Part shown: in pieces, positions 21,201 through 32,770 of the stretch
Layout: the number at the start of each line of letters is the position of its first letter
How positions within the stretch are numbered: position 1 is the stretch's first letter
NCBI GenBank assembly: GCA_000934665.2
Contig: JYFJ02004323.1
Location: 1-33,019 of the forward strand
Source of the DNA: Catajapyx aquilonaris
Lineage: Eukaryota
DNA length: 33,019 nucleotides
Direction of reading: 5' to 3'
Position numbers and translations under genes: made by a program
Notes under the pieces: model-generated
Database searches by the model: none
The model's input: only the letters and a program-made list of their open reading frames with translations
Told to the model about the DNA's origin: nothing

Positions 21201-24200
21201 ACAGCGCCTGAAAAATGGCAAGGAGCGTTTCGGCAACACACATTTTCAATATTTTCTTTTATTGTTTGAATTTTCAATTGATTTAATTCTATTGAATTTT
21301 CAACGGAGAACGATCATATTCACATTTGCATTACTTCGAGGTGTGAGGGCTTTAAGCGGACTATTTTTTTTTAAATCTAACGACTGCAATTAAACTCTGG
21401 CGGAAAACTGACCCTTAAATAATACTCTTCGAGCACTATCACAGGACAATGCCTCATTCAATTTGTATACCAAAATATCTGTAATCGTTGTGCGTTTCAT
21501 GCAAGTTTCATGTCTTCAGTCTTGTGCCAATATATACTCGCAATTATTTTTCATACTTGCATGTGTCACGGAATCTCCCACCAAAAATACTGACCATTGC
21601 GGTCCTTCTCACTCAAATCGCGATTATCTAATGGCACCCACAGTGATATCCTGCAATTGTTGCATTTGCCACTGGGTCATTTTGTAGTCGCATAATAAAT
21701 AACGAACGCTACTAACTTGCAAGTAGTGTCGAATGAACCATCCTTGAGATGACCTGCAGAGAGAGGAGGGGGGGTTGGTAAGGGAAGCGTTTAGGCTTCA
21801 TTTGCTTTTTCCTTTCCCACGCACAGTCCATTAAAGGGCGGCTTCCTCCTCCGCCCTCTTCCATCCGGGAGCTAGAATCAAAATGCACGACTCGCTAGAA
21901 CATTTGTGTGTGTGTGTATGCAAGGAGGCCACACATGTCGTGTGTGTATACACATACCTGCGTACCATTACAAGCTTGGATTTGGTCGCGTCAGATCATT
22001 ATTAATAACCGCCTAAAGGGCGAAATTAAAATTAGAGCAAGTTGGCAATGACATCCCCCGCGAGCGAGATCCTCTCTGAAAACACAGCATCTTGATGGGT
22101 ATATCTAATGTTCTCCCGCCTGTGCATGACGTCCGCGTACCTTTTGCCCAACCTTCTTTTTTTTCTTCTTCCTCGAAACACCTGCAATGGATGCCAAGAA
22201 GGTCTGGGACGCCGGTTATATACCGCCAGCGTCAGCGAAACTGTGCGTCTGCTGGCTTCAAACCATGACGCAAATTTCGGGAACACTGACGCGGTTCGCT
22301 TTGCCAAAAATTGCAAAGGAAGCATCATTAACACACAGACTCGGTTCAGACAGTGTCCCTGTCAAGGTCTCTCTCGAAAACTACTATTGTTGTTTTTGTT
22401 GCCGTTGGTTGGTCAACCAACCGTTGCCTCCACAGGGGCACACTTCCGGAGACATCTCTGGATCGAAAGGAACCTCCGAATTCTCCTTGGCCTCCTGATC
22501 TTGTGGTGTCGGATGGCCGGCCACGTTGTCCGATCGGATGGAATTCCTGTTGACAAAGTGATTCACTGGAAAAGCGGTCAGCAAAGGACATGACGTTAAA
22601 AAAATGCTTTGCTTATTCGTGGAAGCTCACCCAGGCAGGAATTTCCAGGAAATGAGTCAATATATTTTAAAAAAATAGTCAAGTATTTTGTATACGAACT
22701 CGGCTGAATTTTGTGCAACCAACTTCCAACAGGTTGCTGAGGATGCTTCATTTACTATACTGAAGGCAGAGAGAAATAGTGTGATTATAAAATGTTAGCA
22801 CTTATATGGCAACTAGGGGGGTTTTAAATGGAAGCGACTGTGTCAGATATGAAAACAAGTATGTATTTATTTTAAAAAAAAGACTCGTCGAAAAGTCTAC
22901 CGGGATTTGTTTGCCACTGGTGTTAACACATTGCCTGGAATTTTGCTCCGAGTGGCCTTCACACTTCGGAGGCTCATTTTTGTGGTATTGTTGCAATCGG
23001 AATTGCAGTTTCCTGTCTGGCACAACGGTTCGGTTTGTGGTTGCATAAACACGTTCTTATATATTGATTACACAACGTTAATATTTTTACAAAAAAAATA
23101 CTCTGCATTTTCCTTTGCATAATATTCTCACATGATCATTACAAGCGATGTTCACACTGTGTGCATATTTTAAAAAATCATTGCATGCGGTCTTCTTCAT
23201 TTGCACATTTTATCAATGATTTTATGGCAGTTTTTTTATTTCATTGTCATTTCGCCATTCCAGTATGTAGACTAGAGGTACAAAAAATAATCAAATCTTT
23301 CTTTTATAGACAATTACATTCATATCAAGGTTACTCAACTTGTTTCAATGACGTCGACTGGAAAGTAAAAGATATGGTTTATCTTACATACACAATGAAC
23401 GTGTGAATCGAGCCGTAACCGCTGTGAATCAATGGGTCACTCGTGAATCAATGAGTAAGTTGGTTAATGAGTGTAGGAATCAATGAGCGAAGCACTGGCT
23501 CACTTAATGAATCAAAGCCAGTGTACGTGCCTCATGAGTACTTATTGGTCATGAGCGACTAAGCCAAGAAGACTCATTAATTCACACACACTGATTCAGA
23601 CATTGATCAACCTTGCTGTTGAACACGTGCACAATCGGAAGAAGGTTTTTGTGATTCATGAAGGATTTACAGAACTATTTAACTGACAATGGAGCTAACA
23701 GCAGTTTAAGTGTAATTTTTGTTTTATATTGGAGAAATCGTGCAGCAGATGAGATTTCTCAATGTTCGTGTAGGTTTTCTCGAACTCTTCTCATTTTCTC
23801 CGCACTTAATTTTTTTCTGTGGCCTCAGTTGCTTCCTCGGTAAGCCTTCCGATATATGTTCATTCTCAGCCGTGCACATATTGAACTCCTGAATGGACCA
23901 CGCAGATTAGCCAACAGCATGGAAAGTACTTCCTCGTCCGATAATAATCACTCCCCAACTGCCTACTCTTATTAACTGTTTACATTAGCGTCCCATGCAA
24001 AGTGGCCTTGTGGTCTCTGCCTTTTTTTTTTACTTCTTTCGTCTTCTTCCCGGCAGGTACAGTATGGTCTTGGCGCCACGATAATGTTTCCTCTCTCTTA
24101 ATTATACACAGCCTCCGCCGCCAGGTGAAAGCTCTGAGTCAACGTAAGAGCGTAAGAGCTGTCCCATTTGAATATCAGCAGTATGAATGACGTGGTTGGA

Positions 24201-25324
24201 GTCAATTGAAGTCCATTGATCGTGATTGGCAATCGGAGTGAACCGGACGGAAGATATTTTTGGGTACACTAGCTGGCGAAGTGCTGTTGTATATAGTAAG
24301 CATGTGTGACCGAACAAGTGTCGTAACTTTGTTGAGTACATAGTATATCGTTATCCCTTCCCTTCTGAGTGTCATAGCGACCCAATCCACACTACTTCCT
24401 CTTTCATTAGATATGTGGGTCACTGGCCTCGTTCAGACAACGGTCAAACCTCTAGCCTCCACTTATACAGGGTGGTGCACTGCCCAGGTCCACAGTTCAA
24501 ATGGGGTATTGTTTGCCACAGCAACCTGATATTTCTGAAATAAAAAGCAACAGACTCGTATAGGAAGGGGTTGCTTCTCTACAGGTTGCTGGAGACAACA
24601 ATTCACGACCTCTTCCCTTATACCTATATATGAGTTGAACTGTTGGGCAGTTAACCAACCTGTATATCTGGCAATCCGGATGAGCCGCAAGGTTCCACCA
24701 TTCTGAACGTCATGCATCAGAAGAGAATTCATTGAGTCAATTTGTTACACATTTATGCTGGAATTACCAGTGACGTAAACCTGAAATGGTGCAGCGTTCA
24801 TTCTTAGGTGTTCTAAGGTACAAAATGATATCATCTTCGTTGCTACAACTTCCTTAGCAATGACAACACTATGGTGATGTCATTTGAACCTTAGAAATCA
24901 ACGCTTAGGCAACTGCGGATGGGGTTACAAGATAAGCTTAACATTCATAATAGAATCTGCCGTTCAACCAACACGACTTGCAACTGAACCCCTAAAGTGC
25001 ACATTTCCCCCCTGCCACTTGCTCGCATTCAAAAACACATTTAAAAGTTCAAAGCTACACGACCTTTGACCCCCCCTCACAACACGGTAAAACTCTACCG
25101 CCTGGCTGATAAGACGAGGTCGCTGATGGGGTTGAGCTTATCTACAACATTTAGCATGGAAAACCCGGGCTTGGGTTCAAAGTTCAGCAACGTATTGAAG
25201 AACACACCATAACATATATGCATGTGTCACTTTCTTGTTGTTTCTTTCGTTCGACCCATACTTGACTGTTGATCAAGCAAATCGCCCACACCTGTTGGCA
25301 TGGGCAAAACCCACTCTTCTGCTG

Positions 25325-25348
25325 CTTCTTCTTCTTCTTCTTCTTCTT
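25325..25348. repeat. (CTT)8 microsatellite
   Basis: Direct reading. Confidence 0.9.
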
Positions 25349-27495
25349 AAGAGACTGGTCCCCCTCCGCCCAAAAGAGGAGGATGTGAAAGCAGTGTAGG
25401 TTGGTCCACCTGCTCTGACCTGAGGTTGACAGGAAGAGTAAGGAAGCCAATCATGAGGCCTGCTGCAGCATCTCTTTTGTAGTATATAACGTGGGTGAAA
25501 CCCGCGGGTGCAGCCAACTTTTATAGGACAGGGCGGTATAATTATTATGTGGAGCTGCAGGATGTGACCAAATTAGACAAGGGGGAAGGAGCAGCTACAA
25601 TATGTGGAACGGTATTGTTGCTGGGGTCTGCAGAGGAACATGATTTCCCAGAAGAGGACGTCGTCGAACAAGCTTCCTTTTCTTCGTCTTATCGGTTTGG
25701 TTGGGGAGAAGATGAGGGAAAAAAATGGTTTCTGGTGGCTCCTGACACACACAACCTCGCTTCTGTAAACCCGATGCCCCACACTCCTCTCTCTGTCCTA
25801 ACACACAAGCTCACTGTGCCTGTACAGGGTGCTTCAGTTGCTTATTAGAAAGCAACTTAATTGGACCACCCTATATGTATGGGGACGATTGCTTCCAGGG
25901 TACGAAAGGTATTTTTTTTAAATATGTAAAGACCCTGCCCACTGACCTCACGAGACTGTGACTCCACCCTGGTGACCTCCTACGGTCCCCTGCGGAGGGC
26001 GAGGATTGCCCTCCACCCTTTTACCATGCAAAAATTCGGCTGCAAAAACAATAGGTTAGATTTAACCTGGTTTAAACTAGCAGCTAATGTTGGGATGGAG
26101 ATAAATAATGAATAACGTGGTCCCCTCCCATTTCCATGGCCTGATCCTATGGATGGAGAATTAGAATGGAGGTTCTGTGGTCGTTTTTTTTTTTTTTAAG
26201 TGAGGGGTGGGTGGGGGAACAACAGTGAGGGCCCCACCTGCCAGGTGTTGGAAGGACGTGGGATGATTGCTGCTGTAGCCGCTGCTGCTACCTCTGGCTG
26301 GAAGAGAAGGCTCAACAGTGCCTACTACCAGAACTATCACCATTGCACCATGCTATTTTTTGGCACACTAATTGCTGGACAACAAAAGCAACAGGTTCCT
26401 TTATACTAAACCCTAAGGGATTTATGAATAAGGTGCGGGGGCGATTTCCAAGGAGGATGTGGCGTCAGTCACAAGACAAATTGCTTCCTCGCTGCAGCCC
26501 AAGCCACCCTCTCTCCATCCATGATATTCAGAGCTAATGCGTGCTCCTAGCTGCTGACCCCCTCAGTCCCAAAATTGCTTCGTCGGTATGAGAGATATGG
26601 GCCCCCAAGTTGCGTTATAGGGAGGTCATTCAGTTAGGAAGACCACACGTTTTGTATTCAGGCCAATTCCGCCCAAATGGATTTGGGTCATAATATTTTC
26701 TTAAAAGGTGTCAAAGGGGATGGCAGGAGTCGGAATGAGCCTTAGGCCACGCCCCCTTTCTTCGTGACAATATGAGAGCGACTGCGATTATTTATCGAGG
26801 AATGACATTTTTTGGTGCTGAAAATAAGTGGTGGAATGCTTGTTTATAGGTATGGTTAAGTTATTTGTGTACAAATTTTCCAAATCCCAGACCAAGGCTA
26901 GGACTCCGTGGTGACAGATGAGATAAAATATGCACAGGGTGGTGCACTGCCCATGTTCCCGTGTTTTGGCAGGGATACGTGGGCTTAGGGTGGCCATTTC
27001 CAAATCGGACAGCTGCTATGTAGGTATAGTATATATACAGATATACAGTATACAAGTGTACGTATAATGAATATGATTTTTTTTTTACTTCGTGATAACC
27101 GAAATACATAAATGACTAAATTATTGTACTTAACACACTAACAACTAACGTCTTAAGCATAAAAATGTAACATAAATCAAGCATGTTTTGTGATGAGCTG
27201 AAGTTGAAGAATAAAATGCCATAGAAAGGCTAATGAGAGCTAATGAAATTTCCATTGTCTATTGTATTCTTATTGATTCTTCAGTGCAAATGTGGGTGAT
27301 GAGATTGGCGCAGGGCACTCTGGCACAGTAGTTATTGCATGGCCTTCAGTTCCCGAACGTTCAGCTGTTCTAGTACAACCCCAGAAAATTTATTTAATAG
27401 TACAAGAGTATTTTCTTGCCAATTCATTAGCCCGTCTTGCAGTGATGGCGCCCTTTCTTTACAATAAGTACATGCTGGAGAGAGTGTCAGTATCG

Positions 27496-27586
27496 GAGGA
27501 GCGCAGTGGTCTAGTGGCTAAGGCGCTTTATTCGTAGCCTGAAGGTTGAAGGGTCGAATCCTGAAAGTAACGCGGCGTTTCTTTTT
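27496..27586 (+). other. tRNA-derived Pol III cassette 1, left arm (not a true tRNA)
   Basis: A box TGGTCTAGTGG 27507-27517, B-box-like GGTCGAATCC 27552-27561, T5 at 27582-27586; no intact cloverleaf. Confidence 0.6.
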
Positions 27587-27696
27587 ATCGCTATGGACCT
27601 TTCTCGCTCTTACTTGGTCTCTCATTTCACATTTATTTCTCTTTGAAGTGCATCTGGTAAATAGGCTAGACCCTTCCAACACCCATAATTTCGTTA

Positions 27697-27773
27697 CCAC
27701 AGAGCGTGGCACTATGGTAACGCATCAGACTCTCAATCGGGAGATGTGGGTTCAAATCCCTAATCTCCACGGT
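27697..27773 (+). other. tRNA-derived Pol III cassette 2, left arm (not a true tRNA)
   Basis: A box TGGCACTATGG 27707-27717, anticodon-like arm TCAGA-CTCTCAA-TCGGG, B box GGTTCAAATCC 27749-27759. Confidence 0.65.
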
Positions 27774-29331
27774 TGATGAGTCAGAAAAAAAAAATTTGCA
27801 GCCGACATCTCTGGCCAAGATGGCGACTGTTTCTTCGCAGTTTCCCAAACACTTCTTCAGAGGTGTTAGAGGAGCAGCGAAGAGGGGGGGGAGGGTGGAG
27901 AGGGGGAGGAAAGGGGGGGGAGGGGAGAAAATGTTTTTGGAAATTTTTAAAACACCTGCTTAATGGGAGGGGGCGGTCACTTTTTTCTTCGAAAAAAGTC
28001 AAAGATTTAAAAAGTCACTTAAATGATCAAGTGGCTTCGCTTGTGTTGTCCATCCCGGCAGCCCCCACCCTACTCACCCCATAGTGACTACATTTGTCTT
28101 ATACCAGGGAGTTACATTCTCAAACCTATCATCCCCCCAAATATTCACTCCTAAAATTTTAACTATAGGTCCAATAAAATCACCAGCACATGCAAATGAA
28201 TCGGCACATGTTTTAGGTCATTTTCAATGGTTTGTTGCAGCCTGACCTTTGACATGAAAGACCCTAGTATTAGGTTTTTGGTCTAGGGCCAGGCCCTACC
28301 TCGGTCTCCATCTGTCGGGTCTTTCGTAATGAGACTGTATACAGAGAGTACAGTACAATATATATCTCTGTGTGAGGTAGTAATGCCCCTATCCAAACGT
28401 ACGTAGTTGGCAGGTATCAGTATGAATGTGACGTAGGCGAGTGGTCATCGTCACCACCTTGGGGTCATCAGGACGGACATTCGGCATCACTGTTTCGTGC
28501 CATTGCTCTATGGATTAATAAAATAATAAATCCCGACCCGCTTCGGCTGTGGGTGGAGATGTGCATATCGTCGACGCGGTTTTACATAGGCAAATTTTCG
28601 ATTAGGCTTGGTGACCTTCATGTCTCTTTGACCTTACATATTCCCCCCTTTCCACCCCCGCCCCGCTACCCACAAGGACAGGCGGACTGCTACAATAGGC
28701 TAGCAGGCTAGAGGCATACTTGTTCACATCGAGAGATATACTCTGTATCTATGTACTGTGCTCTGTATACAGTCTCATTACGAAAGACCCGACAGATGGA
28801 GACCGAGGTAGGGCCTGGCCCTAGACCAAAAACCTAATACTAGGGCCTTTCATGGCAAAGGTCAGGCTGCAACAAACCATTGAAAATGACCTAAAACATG
28901 TGCCGATTCATTTGCATGTGCTGGTGATTTTATTGGACCTATAGTTAAAATTTTAGGAGTGAATATTTGGGGGGATGATAGGTTTGAGAATGTAACTCCC
29001 TGGTATAAGACAAATGTAGTCACTATGGGGTGAGTAGGGCGGGGGCTGCCGGGATGGACAACACAAGCGAAGCCACTTGATCATTTAAGTGACTTTTTAA
29101 TTCTTTGACTTTTTCCTTCGAAAAAAGTGACCGCCCCCTCCCATTAAGCAGGTGTTTTAAAAATTTCCAAAAACATTTTTTCCCCTCCCCCCTTGCCTCC
29201 TCCTCTCCACCCCTCCCCCCCTCTTCGCTGCTCCTCTAACACCTCTGAAGAAGTGTTTGGGAAACTGCGAAGGAACAGTCGCCATCTTGGCCAGAGATGT
29301 CGGCTGCAAATTTTTTTTTTCTGACTCATCA

Positions 29332-29408
29332 ACCGTGGAGATCCGGGATTTGAACCCACATCTCCCGATTGAGAGTCTGATGCGTTACCATAGTGCCACG
29401 CTCTGTGG
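29332..29408 (-). other. tRNA-derived Pol III cassette 2, right arm
   Basis: Mirror copy: B box at 29346-29356, A box at 29388-29398. Confidence 0.65.
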
Positions 29409-29518
29409 TAACGAAATTATGGGTGTTGGAAGGGTCTAGCCTATTTACCAGATGCACTTCAAAGAGAAATAAATGTGAAATGAGAGACCAAGTAAGAGCG
29501 AGAAAGGTCCATAGCGAT

Positions 29519-29615
29519 AAAAAGAAACGCCGCGTTATTTTCAGGATTCGATCCTTCAACCTTCAGGTTACAAAGAGAGAGTCTTAACCACTACACCACT
29601 ACACCACTACGGTAC
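29519..29615 (-). other. tRNA-derived Pol III cassette 1, right arm
   Basis: Mirror copy: B-box-like GGATCGAATCC at 29544-29554; A box TGGTGTAGTGG within a tandem (TAGTGGTG) repeat at 29588-29611. Confidence 0.6.
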
Positions 29616-30266
29616 CTCGATGCTGACGCTCTCTCCAGCATGTACTTATGGTAAAGAAAGGGCGCCACAAAATACCATTAATCTCAATGTAGTGTCATTT
29701 GTCAAATAAATTCTCATAATATATCCTTGTATATTTTCTACGGGAATTGATACAATTCAACAATATTAGTGTGTTAAGTAAAATAATGCGGTAATTTGTG
29801 TGTTTCAGTTATATTAAGTAAAAAAAGGCATATTCAATATACAGTATGTTGTTTAAAACAAAACCACATTCGTCTACAGTCTACACAATTGTATATAATA
29901 GGAGACGGGACCCAGGGGTGCTGCTGGAGTCGTGACAAATGGCTCCAGGCTTCAGAAGTGAGGGTCATCGCCAGGTCGTCTTTTAAGAATAGTCGTAAAA
30001 ACCCCGCGCATTTTCAAAATAGAAAAATACTGCCGACCGGTCGCTCGAGCAAGGGATGTTGTCATAAATGTCTCGACCGGGTACACCGTTACGTATATCA
30101 TCAGCCCGAGTACCCGACGAGGTGATTCACATATTTTGGAAAAGTCCAAATGTGTGCTTAAGGAGCTGGTTTGAGGCATTAGTCACCAAAACTCTTGGAA
30201 ATCGAGGGATGTAAGAGGGTCTCTGAACTATATTGCGAGATTTTTCGGCCAAACTTTACGTGCCTT

Positions 30267-30381
30267 CTGCTTGAAAACTATTTAAATATAGTTTTCAAGC
30301 AGTTCCCAGTTCTCAGAAGTAGAAAAAAAAATCAAGTCTGTAAATTAACAGACTGGATTTTTTTCTACTTCTGGGAACTGG
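30267..30381. repeat. Two adjacent hairpins (15-bp perfect stem; ~35-bp near-perfect stem)
   Basis: ctgcttgaaaactat/atagttttcaagcag at 30267-30302; ccagttctcagaagtaga...gtctgt/acagac...tctacttctgggaactgg at 30306-30381. Confidence 0.85.
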
Positions 30382-32197
30382 AGGTCATTATTGCGTCATT
30401 TAAAAAGGCAACCCGATTTGGCCATTCAATTTTTGCTGCAAAATATGTGCGAATTTTATTTAAAATGCCAATGCAACACTAATATTTCCGTCCAGTTCAT
30501 TTTTTAAAAAACCAAATATGCAAGAAAAATTTATTATTGGCTCACTATGGGGTAATGTTTTGCTCAGAATTTCAGTTGTATAGTGGTCATGTATGAGTCG
30601 ATTATTCCTTTATGTACTGAGATGTTGTATATAAATGGATGACTTTCTAGGATAGCTGGATGTGTCACTGTTGCTAGAGTGAATATAAATTGAGATATTA
30701 AGCTATACGGCGCATCCCTTTTAATTGCCCCTGCTAACCTCTGACTAGATGAGTCCCCTCCGCCACCCACAATAAAAAACGAAGACAAATGTGTGGGAAT
30801 ATACTGAAAACAACCGAGCCAGGAAATTTCAACAGGCGCCCAAACCGACATTAGTCCTTATTTGGCTAATTTGGGAAGGGCAAAACCAAGGCCAATTCAA
30901 TGTTTGCGCCCCAGCTAAACAATTATTCATGCCCGCAGTGCGATACTCTCCAAAAGCTCCGGTGTATAGGGTCATTAGGAAGAAAAAAAAGGCAGAAGTT
31001 TTACCGTACAGGTTTCGGTGTCAGGCTTAATGACCTTTTGCTTGCATCTGAGGTACCTGAGAATGCCTGGCCAGGGGTAAGAAAAAGGAAGGCACTTTTT
31101 TTTTCTTTTAAGATTTTTTTTTTTTTCGCGGCGTATTCGGGGGAGAGGCCGGTCGTGTGGCGCCTGTGGCCAGCGGCCAACCTGACTGGTTCCGCAGGCG
31201 GACAATGAAGAGGAGTTGTTTTTGCCGGTGGGCTCAAAACAGGAAAGGATGTCCTCTCTTCCAGGCTAGAAAAGTAACACTGCTGCGTTGGCTTTTTCTG
31301 AAAAAGGTTCAACATTGTTGAGAAAAAAAATCAGTTTCGTCACTTTTGGAGCTGGACACCGTTTAGGGGGGCTGAAAATGGATTTCAGATAAAAACGACC
31401 TTCCAGTCCGCTCTAAATTGTGCAAATCAAAGCCCAGCAGCCAGGAACAGAAGGTCAATCCCCCTGAAAAACTTTCCCCTAGTCTTTCCCATTGGCTACG
31501 CTACTGGCCCGAAACGAAACCCGCACTTTCGGAGCAGAAATTCTTCCGACTGCTACCTTGCTGCCCCCTTTTTTTGTGTGTGCAACAATGTGGCGTAGAA
31601 CATTTTCCTTGTTCGCACTTATAACCTGGCATGACATCGGTGGTTATTTAGCCTGTTAATTTGACCAAGTGCAGCCAGGACGGCGGGATCCTTGAAATTA
31701 TTCAAAAGTGCAACTTCCTCCTCTCTACATACCTCCAGGCCCAACTATTCCTTCCCTATTCCTCGTAAAAATTCAGGCAACTATGATAGAACCTTCGAGT
31801 AGAATATTCAGTTGCTTATTTGTAGTACAGGCGTAATATTAGGTCGAGAGAGAGAGAAAAAGGCATTCATAGCGTGTCAAGACGAGCACGTGTTCCGGCG
31901 GATGGAAGCTGTCTATTGGTGTGTGGGCCTCAGTCTCTATCTTGTTTGCGGCCATGCACGTGTCCAGCAGGCGTAGCCTCTCGGTAGGAGAACGACCGAT
32001 TGCTGAAAAAAGAGAAAGTAATCAGCCTGATAGTGGTCCTTGAGGGAGGATCATTGTACCGAAGGTGGGAGGAAGACGCATTCAAGAGCTTGTCTCCTGC
32101 AGCTCTTCGTGATTGACACTCCCCAGCAGCCAACCCCTCTAGACTGCTGGATGAGGAGAAACCCCCATGTAAAAGATAACCACACAAAAGCAGACTA

Positions 32198-32770
32198 ATT
32201 TCGATATATTTTCAAAATATCTCACAGTGCGATTTATCGAACAATATTTTTCAGAATATCTCAGCAGTGTGATATTTCGATATATTGACCAATACTCTTC
32301 AAACTATCTCAACAATGATATTTCTATATAACTAACAGTTTCAAAATATCGCAGCAGTGATATTTCGATATATCGACCAATATTTTCAAAATATCGCAGC
32401 CGTGTGATATTTCGATGTATCGACCAATATTATTCAAAATATTTCAACAATGTGATATTTACATATAACTAACAATGTTTCAACATATCTCAGTTCTGTT
32501 ATCGACCACTATTTTCAAAATATCTCAGCCGTGATATATCGATATATCGACTAATACTTTTAAAATATTCCAACAATGTGATAATATGTCGATATATCGA
32601 ATAATGTTTCAAAATATCCCAGGCGTGTGTTAATATCGCACTATATTTGTACATATCGAAGCCGTGTGGCATTTCGATATATATCGAACTATTTCAAAAT
32701 GTATCAGCCGTGTGATCTCTTTCGATATATGGAACAATATCTTTACAATGATCGATATGTTTAAAAATAC
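32198..32770. repeat. Degenerate minisatellite, ~43-45 bp unit, ~13 copies
   Basis: Approximate consensus gtgatatttcgatatatcgaccaatattttcaaaatatc(g/t)cagc(c/a)gt. Confidence 0.9.

Larger units (their letters stand above)
27446..29667. repeat. Large palindrome/foldback: ~0.9-kb arms (27446-28346 and 28761-29667) around a ~0.3-0.4 kb spacer
   Basis: Arms are reverse complements from tggcgccctttcttt/aaagaaagggcgcca inward to gtatacagag/ctctgtatac. Mirrored ORFs in the track confirm this (27546+ vs 29329-, 27773+ vs 29144-). Confidence 0.97.

Noticed and set aside
16000..27000. Numerous 60-160 aa ORFs
   Set aside because: No recognisable domains, many non-ATG starts or homopolymer content; expected by chance in non-coding DNA
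27697..27773. Functional tRNA-Glu(CTC)
   Set aside because: Acceptor, D and T stems do not pair properly; treated as a tRNA-derived cassette
28455..28500. Hammerhead core words on the minus strand of the palindrome spacer (GAAAC..GTC..CTGATGA)
   Set aside because: Only 4 nt are available for stem I and there is no stem II pairing
29244..29285. Hammerhead ribozyme (CTGAAGA...GAAACTG...CAGTC)
   Set aside because: Stem III pairs, but stems I and II cannot form
27518..29587. Mirrored ORFs in the palindrome arms as protein genes
   Set aside because: Short, low-complexity, mostly non-ATG starts and no recognisable domain; the mirroring is just the inverted repeat
32198..32770. CRISPR-like array
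   Set aside because: Eukaryotic context; whole units are degenerate copies with no unique spacers, and there are no cas genes
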